A stretch of DNA of 64,000 bases from an uncultured Bacteroides sp. (lineage in GTDB: Bacteria > Bacteroidota > Bacteroidia > Bacteroidales > GCA-2748055). The position numbers and the translations under genes are program-made. The stretch is taken from assembly GCA_964453785.1 (NCBI GenBank), contig CAYVRK010000014.1, positions 8,868-72,867 on the forward strand, written 5' to 3'. Below are positions 28,965 through 37,854 of the stretch, in pieces. Every line of letters begins with the position of its first letter. Positions within the stretch are counted from its first letter, which is position 1. The notes under the pieces are model-generated. The model was not told the origin of the DNA. It ran no database searches and worked only from the letters and a program-made list of their open reading frames with translations.

Positions 28965-29837
28965 ATGAAAATCCTTTCCGATTTCAACATGACCGTCGAT
29001 GCAGACGAAGTTTCACAGGTGCTGGATCGGGTAAAGGAACAGATTCCATCCGGTGACGACAAGGATTTGTTAAAGAAGATCTTCAGCCTGATCGATCTCA
29101 CCACCCTTAGCGAAAGGGACAATATTAAAAATGTCGCTGCCATGTGCGAAAAGGTGAATTTGCTTTCCGAGGCCTATCCATCCATGCCGGCTGTAGCAGC
29201 GGTATGTGTTTTCCCTGAATTGATCTCTGTGGTCAAAGAAACACTGGTAAATCCCCTTGTGAGTATCGCTTCGGTAGGTGGAGGTTTCCCTGCATCACAA
29301 ACCTTTACCAACATCAAAGTGATGGAAATTGAGCAGGCCATTGGAATGGGGGCTGAAGAAATTGATATGGTTCTCCCTGTGGGTAAATTCCTGATGGAGG
29401 AGTATGAATATGCAGAGTATGAGATTCAGGTGGTCAAGGAAAGAATCGGACCGGTTCACCTCAAGGTGATCCTTGAAACCGGTAGTCTGCAGGATTTTTC
29501 GCTGATCCGCAAGGCATCCTTTCTGGCCATCGGGGCAGGGGCAAATTTTATAAAAACTTCTACGGGAAAAATATCCCCGGGTGCTACACCAGAAGCCATG
29601 GTGGTTATGTGCCAGGCCATCAACGATTACTACAACAGGACTGGGAAAAAGATCGGTATCAAGCCAGCCGGCGGTATTTCCGATGTGGATACAGCATTGC
29701 TTTATTATGCGATCGTAAAATATGTCCTGGGTGAGAGCTGGCTCAATGCAGAAAGGTTCAGAATTGGAGCCAGCAGGCTTGCCAACGCATTATTGGCTAA
29801 AATTTTTGACCAAGGGCCTGATTTTGGTTATTTCTGA
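28965..29837 (+). CDS. deoC: Deoxyribose-phosphate aldolase
   Basis: IDLTTL, AAVCV, GAEEIDMV, LKVILETG, FIKTSTGK, GIKPAGGI, RIGAS. Confidence 0.95.
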   Translation: MKILSDFNMTVDADEVSQVLDRVKEQIPSGDDKDLLKKIFSLIDLTTLSERDNIKNVAAMCEKVNLLSEAYPSMPAVAAVCVFPELISVVKETLVNPLVSIASVGGGFPASQTFTNIKVMEIEQAIGMGAEEIDMVLPVGKFLMEEYEYAEYEIQVVKERIGPVHLKVILETGSLQDFSLIRKASFLAIGAGANFIKTSTGKISPGATPEAMVVMCQAINDYYNRTGKKIGIKPAGGISDVDTALLYYAIVKYVLGESWLNAERFRIGASRLANALLAKIFDQGPDFGYF

Positions 29838-29862
29838 CCATGCTTGGTATGTATAAAAGAAT

Positions 29863-29870
29863 TATATTTG
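29863..29870 (+). promoter_or_regulatory. Sigma-A -7 element with no downstream CDS on the same strand
   Basis: TATATTTG between convergent deoC and TPR genes. Confidence 0.55.
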
Positions 29871-29875
29871 TCTTG

Positions 29876-29958
29876 AGCGGTTCGATAGCATTCCATTCTC
29901 ATAGAGACGGGTTGAATTCCATGGCTTTTTTTCTTCAATATCGGACCGCTTTTTTTTA
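29876..29958 (+). ncRNA. Candidate small RNA, family not recognised
   Basis: Starts 5 nt after the -7 box; AGCGGTTCGATA (29876-29887) pairs with TATCGGACCGCT (29939-29950) (12 bp with one G-U); T-tract follows. Confidence 0.45.
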
Positions 29959-32184
29959 TTTCACCAAACGATAGTGTAAGTAGTCCAGCATCAGGGGAAT
30001 ATCTTTCTGACTGATACCGTTTTTGATCAGGATGGACTGGTCCTCTTCCATGGTTTTAAGAAAATCCTCCATCTCAAACTGAAGGTCTCTCAGGGATTGT
30101 ATGTATAATTCAATGGCATCCCTTTTATTTCCAAGGGCCCATTGGACATGGCCGTAATTGATATAGTCGTAATATCCCGGCTTCAACTGAAACACTTTCT
30201 GGAAGTACTTTTCCGATTTTTCCAGCTCCCCCATCGCAAAATAACACCAGGCAATAGGCCTGAGGATGTGCTGATTTCCCGGATTCATATATTCAATTTT
30301 AAAATATTGTTTTAGGGCTGTCTGGTATTCTCCCAGCTTCAGCCGGCAAAATCCAATCAGTGATTCCGTGGTGGTATCTCCCGGTTGAAGCAGAGCGACC
30401 TTTTCATACACTTCCAGGGCCGACTTGAAGTTGTTGTCCTTGCGGTAACAGATTCCCAGGTTCTTCAGGGTCCACAGATTCTGCTCACCGGCCAGGCTGA
30501 TCCGGGAATAATATCCGATGGCCTGCCGGTAATTGCCATCCTTCTGAAAACAGTACCCCGTCTTCTCAAGCAATTCACGATCATCAGGCCTGGATTCGAG
30601 CATCATTTTAAAAATATCCAGGGCCTCTTCAAAATGTTCCTTTTCAAAAAGGTACTCTGCGATGTTTCTGGTGATGGATTCATCTTCACTGATCTCACGG
30701 AAAAAGTAGGACTTGTACAGATCCAGCTTGCCGTCAAATACATCCTCAAATTCATTTTTAAAAGGAGATATTTTGAAGAAACGGTACAGGTCCTGTATAT
30801 ACTGGATAAACACCGTCCGTTTCGTGAAATCGCCCGACGTAAGCTTTTCATCGGCGATCATTTCCTGCAAGCCCTCCATCTCCATCAGGAAAGCGTTGGA
30901 AAGCATCTTTTTCTGATCCCCGGGCAAATACCTCAGGTTGAAGATAAAACTGTATTTGTCGCTGTTACACAGGAATGGCGTTTTCTTGAGACCATCCACA
31001 AAAATATCCGGATCAAAAGAGTCACTCCTGGAAGCGTAGATTTCGGACAGGTCCGGGTTTTCATTGTGAAAGGGAACCAGCCAGTTGGTAAGTTCGTTAA
31101 AGAACGGGAACTGTTTGAGATGCGCAAATGTGGTCATGTAGACATCAGCGCCTTCCATTTGAAGTTTCATAAACTCATCCACTTTCCTGTAAAGATCATC
31201 CGATTCACTGAACATGGATTCCCAGTCAGGATTCCTTCCCTCTTCAAGCAATTCATCACGAATATCATCCATCTTCAGCTTATCCTCCAGCTTGGGCCTG
31301 AGTTTTGCCATTTCAGGCATCAGGTCTTCCTGCAGCTTCCTGCCAATCTCCAGGGTATCACGTGTGCGGATCAGTTGCAGGGCAATTTTTTCAAAACTCT
31401 GTTCCAGCTCCAGTTCTCCACTGACCAATTGCAACCTTTGTATGACCTTGGGATAGAACTCAATTCTGTCATCATAACGGTAAAGTAGGATGACCAGTGC
31501 CACGATGGCCCTGGCCGAAACCTCCTGATCCTCCTCACCTGCAAAATCGATGAGCCTGTGTAGCTTCTCTTCGTCCCAGTACCTCAACCCTGACAACAGG
31601 ATCCCACTTACAAAAAGTGCTTTTTCGTACCATAGAAACTCGCGGCACGATAAAATGGCTGCAGAAAGGCTGTTTTCGGCCTCGTTATACCTGTTGCTCA
31701 GCCACAAATGCCTGAATATTTCCATGGAGAGGTTCCTTCGTCGCTCTTCATTGGCGCCGGGTGAAATCCTGTTCTCGTTGATGATCTCGTCCAGTTCAAG
31801 CTTGAACGAGAGGTCATCCATGGTCTCGATGATCTTTTTTCCGGTAAGTTGCTGCTTGCGATCCAGCTCCGCCTTTAATATATAGGTATGCCAGCCGGCG
31901 TTTTTTTCCATCAACAGGTCTTTGACCCTGTCAGCCAGTTCCAGGATGGAGGTAAGTAATTTCTGATATACACTGTCCCGTTGTGGATCCTGAACTCCTT
32001 CGAGCATATAATTAAGCATCTGCTCATAGGTGTGCTCCAGATGTTCCTGCTGAATAAAAAAGTCGCTGAAACCCGATTCACTGACCAGACCATTCAGTAC
32101 ATCCAGGGCATCCTTCACCTTCCGGGAAGAGACCAGCTGGCACAAACGTTGTGTGCGGGCTCTTATCTGCTGAACATTGATCAT
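29956..32184 (-). CDS. Tetratricopeptide-repeat protein
   Basis: C-terminal TPR units (IAEYLFEKEHFEEALDIF, GYCFQKDGNYRQAIGYY, IAWCYFAMGELEKS); FLCNSDKYS motif. Confidence 0.85.
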   Translation of the reverse strand: MINVQQIRARTQRLCQLVSSRKVKDALDVLNGLVSESGFSDFFIQQEHLEHTYEQMLNYMLEGVQDPQRDSVYQKLLTSILELADRVKDLLMEKNAGWHTYILKAELDRKQQLTGKKIIETMDDLSFKLELDEIINENRISPGANEERRRNLSMEIFRHLWLSNRYNEAENSLSAAILSCREFLWYEKALFVSGILLSGLRYWDEEKLHRLIDFAGEEDQEVSARAIVALVILLYRYDDRIEFYPKVIQRLQLVSGELELEQSFEKIALQLIRTRDTLEIGRKLQEDLMPEMAKLRPKLEDKLKMDDIRDELLEEGRNPDWESMFSESDDLYRKVDEFMKLQMEGADVYMTTFAHLKQFPFFNELTNWLVPFHNENPDLSEIYASRSDSFDPDIFVDGLKKTPFLCNSDKYSFIFNLRYLPGDQKKMLSNAFLMEMEGLQEMIADEKLTSGDFTKRTVFIQYIQDLYRFFKISPFKNEFEDVFDGKLDLYKSYFFREISEDESITRNIAEYLFEKEHFEEALDIFKMMLESRPDDRELLEKTGYCFQKDGNYRQAIGYYSRISLAGEQNLWTLKNLGICYRKDNNFKSALEVYEKVALLQPGDTTTESLIGFCRLKLGEYQTALKQYFKIEYMNPGNQHILRPIAWCYFAMGELEKSEKYFQKVFQLKPGYYDYINYGHVQWALGNKRDAIELYIQSLRDLQFEMEDFLKTMEEDQSILIKNGISQKDIPLMLDYLHYRLVK

Positions 32185-32348
32185 TCAAAATTATTTCCGT
32201 GATCCTGTCCAAATATCAAGCCATCCGAACGAAACAGACAGAATGGCAGGGATATCAATAGGTCAGCAAACAAGATAAAACAATCCTTTCCAATATTTGA
32301 TTAAATGGTGGCCACATTCTGTATAAAACGGAGAATCATTCCGGAAGA

Positions 32349-32804
32349 TTACTCTCCCTTGCGAACCAGAGGATAGACTACATAGGTATAAACCCAGCAG
32401 CCTGCACAGAAATTGAGTCCGCATTCCAGAAATGCAAATCCAACCAGGGTTACCCCGGCAATGATTGCCAGCATTGGCAATCCGATGATCGCAGCAACTG
32501 TGGTAAGGGTGGTAAGTAAAAATCCTACCCTGGCCGCAAACACTTTCGGCGCTTTATCAATCCAAACGGGCTGTGTTCCCATGACCTTCACAAACAGATG
32601 GCCAAGCCAGCTCAGCGGGCTGTATTTCAGTCCGGTGAAAGCCCTGATGAAAAAGTCCGCCACCAGCATTGCCGGAAATATGGCACTATCGAAGATGAAA
32701 AATGCCCCCATGAGGATAACCACACTAAAAGCTGTTACCCTGACCATGTTCTCATCCACCCTTTCGGTGGAGACCGGGCATATGAGTTGATTAAATTTAG
32801 CCAT
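32349..32804 (-). CDS. DUF4395-family membrane protein
   Basis: CP....VDEN.VR..A, DF.IRAF....SPL, PK.FAARVG, FAFLE..LNFCAGCW.Y. Confidence 0.85.
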   Translation of the reverse strand: MAKFNQLICPVSTERVDENMVRVTAFSVVILMGAFFIFDSAIFPAMLVADFFIRAFTGLKYSPLSWLGHLFVKVMGTQPVWIDKAPKVFAARVGFLLTTLTTVAAIIGLPMLAIIAGVTLVGFAFLECGLNFCAGCWVYTYVVYPLVRKGE

Positions 32805-32872
32805 GTCTTTGAATATAAGTTCTCTTCTTTGGACGTGAATAGTCACAATACCTTACTCCCTCTTCCCGCCTG

Positions 32873-32880
32873 CAAATGTA
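32873..32880 (-). promoter_or_regulatory. Sigma-A -7 element for the DUF4395 gene
   Basis: TACATTTG on the minus strand. Confidence 0.5.
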
Positions 32881-33010
32881 AACATGACCCTGGTTGAGGC
32901 CCGGATGTGAGGGGATTTTAGCAATATTTTAACACAATCGGATGAAATGATTCTCATTTTTATTCTGAATCGCCTAGCTTTAGTCCCGGATAATTCCTAA
33001 CAACCATGCC

Positions 33011-33724
33011 GTGTCAATTCAGAACTTAAAAATTGATAAACGCCTTGTCAATATCGATCCACAGGAGCTGTTGTTCCTTCTTGGAGGCAATGATATGGAA
33101 TCGGATCCCCACACACAGGAATTGATTGAAGAACTTATCAAAACATGTTCAAAGATCATGACTCCCCGGGGAGGATATATAACCAAAAAAGCAATCCCAA
33201 CAGGATCGAAGGATGAGATTTCCATAGAAGGAATGGATTTTAATACCGGCAGGACCATCAAAAAAATGCTTCAGGGAGCTGAAGCATATGCGTTTTTCGT
33301 AGCCACTGCCGGCCCTGGCCCGGAAGCGTTGTCCCGCTCCCTGATCAGCAAGGGAGATTACCTGGAGGGATATATCGCAGATCTGGTGGGGTCGGCCATA
33401 GCAGAATCGGTAGCCATGCAAATCCATGATCAGGTAAAAATGGAAGCAGGTAAAAACGGATTAAGTGTTACTAATTGTTACAGCCCCGGATATTGCGGTT
33501 GGGAGGTTGGAGAACAACAGAAACTTTTCAGTCTCTTCCCAAATGGATGGTGTGAGGTCACCCTCTCGAAATCATCATTGATGTCTCCCATTAAGTCGGT
33601 AAGCGGGGTGATCGGAACAGGGGCAACAGTATCATTCAGGGATTACACCTGCGAGATTTGCTCCATGAAAGATTGCATCTTCCGGCGAACCCGGACGAGT
33701 CATCCCCATGATTCCTCCAAATAG
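33011..33724 (+). CDS. Stand-alone cobalamin-dependent methionine synthase activation-domain protein
   Basis: FVATAG, YIADLVGS.IAE, T..YSPGYCGW....Q..LF, V.L..S.LM.PIKSVSG.IG, C..C....C..R; GTG start. Confidence 0.8.
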   Translation: MSIQNLKIDKRLVNIDPQELLFLLGGNDMESDPHTQELIEELIKTCSKIMTPRGGYITKKAIPTGSKDEISIEGMDFNTGRTIKKMLQGAEAYAFFVATAGPGPEALSRSLISKGDYLEGYIADLVGSAIAESVAMQIHDQVKMEAGKNGLSVTNCYSPGYCGWEVGEQQKLFSLFPNGWCEVTLSKSSLMSPIKSVSGVIGTGATVSFRDYTCEICSMKDCIFRRTRTSHPHDSSK

Positions 33725-33801
33725 GTCTTCATTCCGTGATTGAATACAGCACAAAATGGGTTGGTGATTGTTAACTCATCATCTGCGTAAATTATTTATA
33801 C

Positions 33802-34488
33802 GTGGAGAATTTGAATACAAGAGAGATGAATGTGAATGTAGAACAGGCAATATATACGATTGACAAGGTCAGGCACCTTACCGAATCAACCTATGTGTTA
33901 AGATTTTCAAGGAACGGCATGCCGTTTACTCCGGGTCAGCACCTGGTGCTTGGACTGCCCGGTTCACAAGAATTGAGAGAATATTCCATATACAGTGGAA
34001 TCCATGATGATGCACTGGAGGTGATCATCAAAGAGGTGGACGAAGGAGTCGTCAGCCGGCAGCTTAAAAACATCAAACCCGGGGATTCCCTGGAGGTAAG
34101 AGGGCCCTATGGCTTTTTCCTGACCAGGGCCGCGTTACCCAAGGCTGGAAAGTTGTTGTTTCTTTCAAGCGGAACCGGGATAGCTCCTTTCCACAGTTAT
34201 ATAAAATCATTCCCCGGAGCCGATTACAGATTAATACACGGTGTGCGTAACAGGAATGAAGCCTACGATGCAGAAGATTACCAGGCCAGGCGCTTTGTTG
34301 CCTGTACCTCAAGGGACCGGGGGGGAGACTTCTATGGCAGGCTGACCGACTACCTGCTCGAAACAGAACTGGATACCCAAAGCCTGGTATTCCTTTGTGG
34401 CAACAGCAACATGATCTTTGATGCCATGGATATATTACGGGCAAGAGGGTTTTCGCAGAACCAGATCTATACAGAAGTCTATTTCTAG
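33802..34488 (+). CDS. Ferredoxin/flavodoxin-NADP+ reductase-like FAD/NAD(P) oxidoreductase
   Basis: PGQH, REYSI.S, G.VS, GPYG.F, SGTGIAPF, LCGN..M, C-terminal EVYF. Confidence 0.88.
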   Translation: MENLNTREMNVNVEQAIYTIDKVRHLTESTYVLRFSRNGMPFTPGQHLVLGLPGSQELREYSIYSGIHDDALEVIIKEVDEGVVSRQLKNIKPGDSLEVRGPYGFFLTRAALPKAGKLLFLSSGTGIAPFHSYIKSFPGADYRLIHGVRNRNEAYDAEDYQARRFVACTSRDRGGDFYGRLTDYLLETELDTQSLVFLCGNSNMIFDAMDILRARGFSQNQIYTEVYF

Positions 34489-34516
34489 GAGGCACGCATG
34501 CCGGCTGTGGAATATA

Positions 34517-34524
34517 TAACTTTG
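34517..34524 (+). promoter_or_regulatory. Sigma-A -7 element only 5 nt before the mtaB ATG
   Basis: TAACTTTG CAGGA ATG. Confidence 0.6.
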
Positions 34525-34529
34525 CAGGA

Positions 34530-35813
34530 ATGAAAAAAGTATCTTTTAAGACCCTGGGCTGCCGCCTGAACCAATACGAAACAGACGCACTCGTGACACA
34601 GTTCCACCAGGCTGGTTATCAGGTGGTCGACTTTTCAAACCAGGCTGACATTACCGTGATCAACACCTGTACGGTTACCAACCAGAGTGACCAGAAATCA
34701 AGGAACATCATCAGCCAGGCCGCCAGAAAGAACAGCGACGGATTGGTGGTGGTAACCGGTTGCATGGCCAACAACCATAAAGCACTGTTGGAAGCCAACG
34801 ATCAGGTCACCTATGTGGTTGACAATGAGCGGAAAAGTCAGATTGTCGCATTAATCGATGCACACTTCAAAGGAGAGGTTGTGCATCCCGATGCCTATGC
34901 CAGGGATGTGTTTGGATTCGACACAGTAGACAAAAGCCTGCATACCCGTACCTCCATCAAGGTTCAGGATGGATGTGATAATTTCTGCACCTATTGCATT
35001 GTCCCTTCGGTAAGGGGACGGGCTGTAAGCCGACCGCTGGAAGGGATCCTGGAAAATGTCCGCAGGGTGGTGGACAACGGATTCAAAGAGGTGGTCATTA
35101 CCGGGGTAAACATCGGCAGGTATGATCACAACGGAACCAATATTGAAGGTGCCCTTGAAAAAATTCTTGAACTTCCGGGTGATTTCCGGGTCAGGATCTC
35201 CTCACTGGAACCCGATGGCTTTGGTCCTGATTTCCACAATCTGTTTCAGCATCCAAAAATGTCCCCGCACCTTCACCTGTGTATCCAGAGTGGTTCAGAA
35301 ACAATTCTTCTGAAAATGCGAAGGATGTATACGGCAAGAACTTTTATGGAAATTGTGGAGAAATTCCGGACGCAAATGCCCGGCTTTAACTTCACGACCG
35401 ATGTGATTGTCGGATTCCCCGGTGAAACCGAAGATGATTTCCGGGACACCATACGGCTTGTAAAGGAGGCCCGTTTCAGTCATGTACATACTTTCCGTTA
35501 CTCACGCCGGAAGGGTACCCGGGCCGACAGAATGGAGAACCAGCTGGAAGAACAGATCAAAAATGAGAGAAGTGAAATGATCAGGCAAATCTCTGAAGTG
35601 AACCGCCTCAACTACATGCAAAGCATGACCGGTATTCATCAAAGGGTTCTTGTGGAACAGGTAGACAAAAACGGAATGGCCCGGGGATACGGCGAGCATT
35701 ACCTGCCCATCCGTTTCCAGACCGGGAATCGCACGAGAAACCGGTTTGAAGATGTGGTTATGGAGCGTGTTGATCTGTCAGATCCCCCGGTCATGATGGC
35801 CACCAACATTTAA
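34530..35813 (+). CDS. mtaB: tRNA t6A37 methylthiotransferase
   Basis: TLGCRLNQYET, INTCTVT, VTGC, KVQDGCDNFCTYCIVP (radical SAM), RISSLEP, DVIVGFPGET, H.F.YS.R.GT.A. Confidence 0.93.
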   Translation: MKKVSFKTLGCRLNQYETDALVTQFHQAGYQVVDFSNQADITVINTCTVTNQSDQKSRNIISQAARKNSDGLVVVTGCMANNHKALLEANDQVTYVVDNERKSQIVALIDAHFKGEVVHPDAYARDVFGFDTVDKSLHTRTSIKVQDGCDNFCTYCIVPSVRGRAVSRPLEGILENVRRVVDNGFKEVVITGVNIGRYDHNGTNIEGALEKILELPGDFRVRISSLEPDGFGPDFHNLFQHPKMSPHLHLCIQSGSETILLKMRRMYTARTFMEIVEKFRTQMPGFNFTTDVIVGFPGETEDDFRDTIRLVKEARFSHVHTFRYSRRKGTRADRMENQLEEQIKNERSEMIRQISEVNRLNYMQSMTGIHQRVLVEQVDKNGMARGYGEHYLPIRFQTGNRTRNRFEDVVMERVDLSDPPVMMATNI

Positions 35814-36012
35814 CAGGCGTATTATCTTAATTAAATAAGATTTATTCTTCTTTAATTGAAGTATTACATGAAGTTATTCTAGCCGCCTCAGATCTGTTTC
35901 ATTTCTATCCTCACCCTGAAAGCCTCGGCAACTTCCTTCACAACATCCCAAGACGCTGTATTTATTGAATCTGATTCCGTATAAATTGCAAAAACGGGGG
36001 AAAAAGGATGTT

Positions 36013-36504
36013 TCAAAGCTTCAGACCGTAGTACAGGTGATCTGAAATATCTCCATCTATCTTTGCTATGCCAGGCATGGCACCCCACCGGGTGAATCCG
36101 AATTTTTCAAGTATACCGATACTGGCAATATTTTTATCCAGAAGAATGGCCACCAGAACAGTGAACCCATACTGGATGGCCGTCCTGAGCACATGCTCCA
36201 GAAGCATGCTGCCAATTCCCTTTCCGCGGTATTCCCGGTCCACATAATAACTGACCTCACCCACATGTGCAAGCGCCTCTCTTCCAGGACGGTAAGCGCT
36301 CAGTGATATCCACCCTGTTACTTTTTCCTGCTCATGACTGACAAATACGGGAGTTTGGTCCGGATCATGGCCGGTGAACCACCTCCGCCTGTATTCCATA
36401 TCCACGGGAAAAAGATGTGCCGTACAGAAGCGTTGACTGACTGACTGATTGTAGATCTCGTTGATGGTAACAAGATCGTCGGGCCTGGCCTTTCGGATTT
36501 GCAT
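36013..36504 (-). CDS. GNAT N-acetyltransferase (Pat/YncA-like)
   Basis: IR.A...DL..I.EIYN, E.SYYV....RGKGIG, N..SI..LEKFGF..WG. Confidence 0.9.
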   Translation of the reverse strand: MQIRKARPDDLVTINEIYNQSVSQRFCTAHLFPVDMEYRRRWFTGHDPDQTPVFVSHEQEKVTGWISLSAYRPGREALAHVGEVSYYVDREYRGKGIGSMLLEHVLRTAIQYGFTVLVAILLDKNIASIGILEKFGFTRWGAMPGIAKIDGDISDHLYYGLKL

Positions 36505-36592
36505 ACCCAAAGTTAATCATCCTGTTGCTTTGAATTTTCAAAAGATTAGCAGATCCTGTTAAACTTTTCAAATCTAAAATGATCTAAATATC

Positions 36593-36600
36593 TATCTTTG
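36593..36600 (+). promoter_or_regulatory. Sigma-A -7 element for the RND operon
   Basis: TATCTTTG ends 28 nt before ATG 36629. Confidence 0.6.
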
Positions 36601-36628
36601 CACCTTCGTTTGAGTTTAATATCAGAAA

Positions 36629-37852
36629 ATGAGAAAAATAGACAGAAGGATTGTTATCATCGTCAGTGTGATATTTATCCTGGGGCTGGCGTATGGATTG
36701 ATGAGATTTTTGATTGCGCAGAAAGAGCCTCCTCCGGTTCGAATGACCATTGAATCCCGCAGATTTGTAGTGGTTGAACCGGTCATATACACCAGTATCA
36801 AGGCACAGGTTACCGGTCCGGGCCGCGTGTCCTCCGTTTCCGAAGTAGATATCGTTTCGGAAGCCGCAGGAAAAATTGAACCCGGTAAAATAGCTTTAAA
36901 GAAAGGAGCCGGTTTTTTAAAAGGGGATGTGCTTTTTGTGATCTATCCCGACGAGGCCGTTCTGTCACTGAAGGCCAGTAAAAGTCAATACCAGAATACC
37001 CTGGCCGGTATCCTTCCTGACCTGGCCATCGATTTCCCCGAAGCCGAACCTGCCTTTAAGGATTTTTTCAGCTCCATCAGGGTGGATGAAGCCCTGCCGC
37101 AACTGCCCGAAATCAAGGATGACAAACTCAAAATATTCCTGGCCAGCAGGAATGTGATCAGTGAGTACTACAACATCCAGCGGGATGAGCTTCAGCTGGA
37201 CCGAAGGACCGTAAGGGCACCTTTTAACGGAACCTACGTGGATGTGTACATGGAAATCGGAGCATATACCAACATCGGAGGAAAGGTTGCCAGGGCCATA
37301 CGTACCGACGGAATGGAATTGGAAATTCCGCTGGATCGTACCGATGCTTCCTGGGTGAAAAAGGGTGATCCTGTGATAATCCATTCTGAAAAAAGAGACC
37401 TCAGCTGGAATGGAAAGGTCATCCGGAAAAGCCAGTATGTGGATGAAAACACCCAATCACAGGAGATATTTGTGGGGGTTTCATATGACAGAGACAAGCC
37501 CTTACTGGCCGGCGAATACATGGAAGCCACCTTCCCGGTGAGGCCCATCGAAGGGGTAATGGAAATCCCCAGAAATTCTGTTTTCAATACCAATGAAGTA
37601 TTTATTGTGAGGGAAGGTCGACTGGCCAAACGGGAGATCAATGTGGTCAAGGTCAACGAACGAACCCTTCTTTTCAACGGATTGCCTGAAGGTGATTCGG
37701 TGGTGGTTCAGCAACTGATCAATGTGTCGGAGGGAACCCTGGTCCAGCTGGAAAAGGAAGATCTTGCAAAAAACCAAAGACCACCTGGGAATCCCGGTGC
37801 AATGCAAAAGGGTGATCAGGCAAAAAATAGCAAAAAGAAAAGCAGGAACTGA
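36629..37852 (+). CDS. RND efflux periplasmic adaptor (MFP)
   Basis: N-terminal TM, VRAPFNG lipoyl half-motif, IPRNSV, Q/K-rich tail. Confidence 0.85.
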   Translation: MRKIDRRIVIIVSVIFILGLAYGLMRFLIAQKEPPPVRMTIESRRFVVVEPVIYTSIKAQVTGPGRVSSVSEVDIVSEAAGKIEPGKIALKKGAGFLKGDVLFVIYPDEAVLSLKASKSQYQNTLAGILPDLAIDFPEAEPAFKDFFSSIRVDEALPQLPEIKDDKLKIFLASRNVISEYYNIQRDELQLDRRTVRAPFNGTYVDVYMEIGAYTNIGGKVARAIRTDGMELEIPLDRTDASWVKKGDPVIIHSEKRDLSWNGKVIRKSQYVDENTQSQEIFVGVSYDRDKPLLAGEYMEATFPVRPIEGVMEIPRNSVFNTNEVFIVREGRLAKREINVVKVNERTLLFNGLPEGDSVVVQQLINVSEGTLVQLEKEDLAKNQRPPGNPGAMQKGDQAKNSKKKSRN

Positions 37853-37854
37853 TC

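Noticed and set aside
32186-32193. TAATTTTG box on the minus strand 1 nt before the TPR gene ATG
   Set aside because: Too close to the start codon to place a TSS upstream of it; probably coincidental, or the real start is downstream.
32805-32872. Purine-rich 5' UTR of DUF4395 containing GGGAAG, near a B12-related gene
   Set aside because: Too short and lacks the other conserved cobalamin or SAM riboswitch elements.
35815-35880. AT-rich imperfect palindromes after mtaB (ATCTTAATTAAATAAGAT)
   Set aside because: Expected by chance in AT-rich intergenic DNA; no GC stem or U-tract.
35888-36088. 66-aa minus-strand ORF overlapping the GNAT 3' end (...WDVVKEVAEAFRVRIEMKQI*)
   Set aside because: No credible start or family match; it may be a gene remnant but I cannot support a call.
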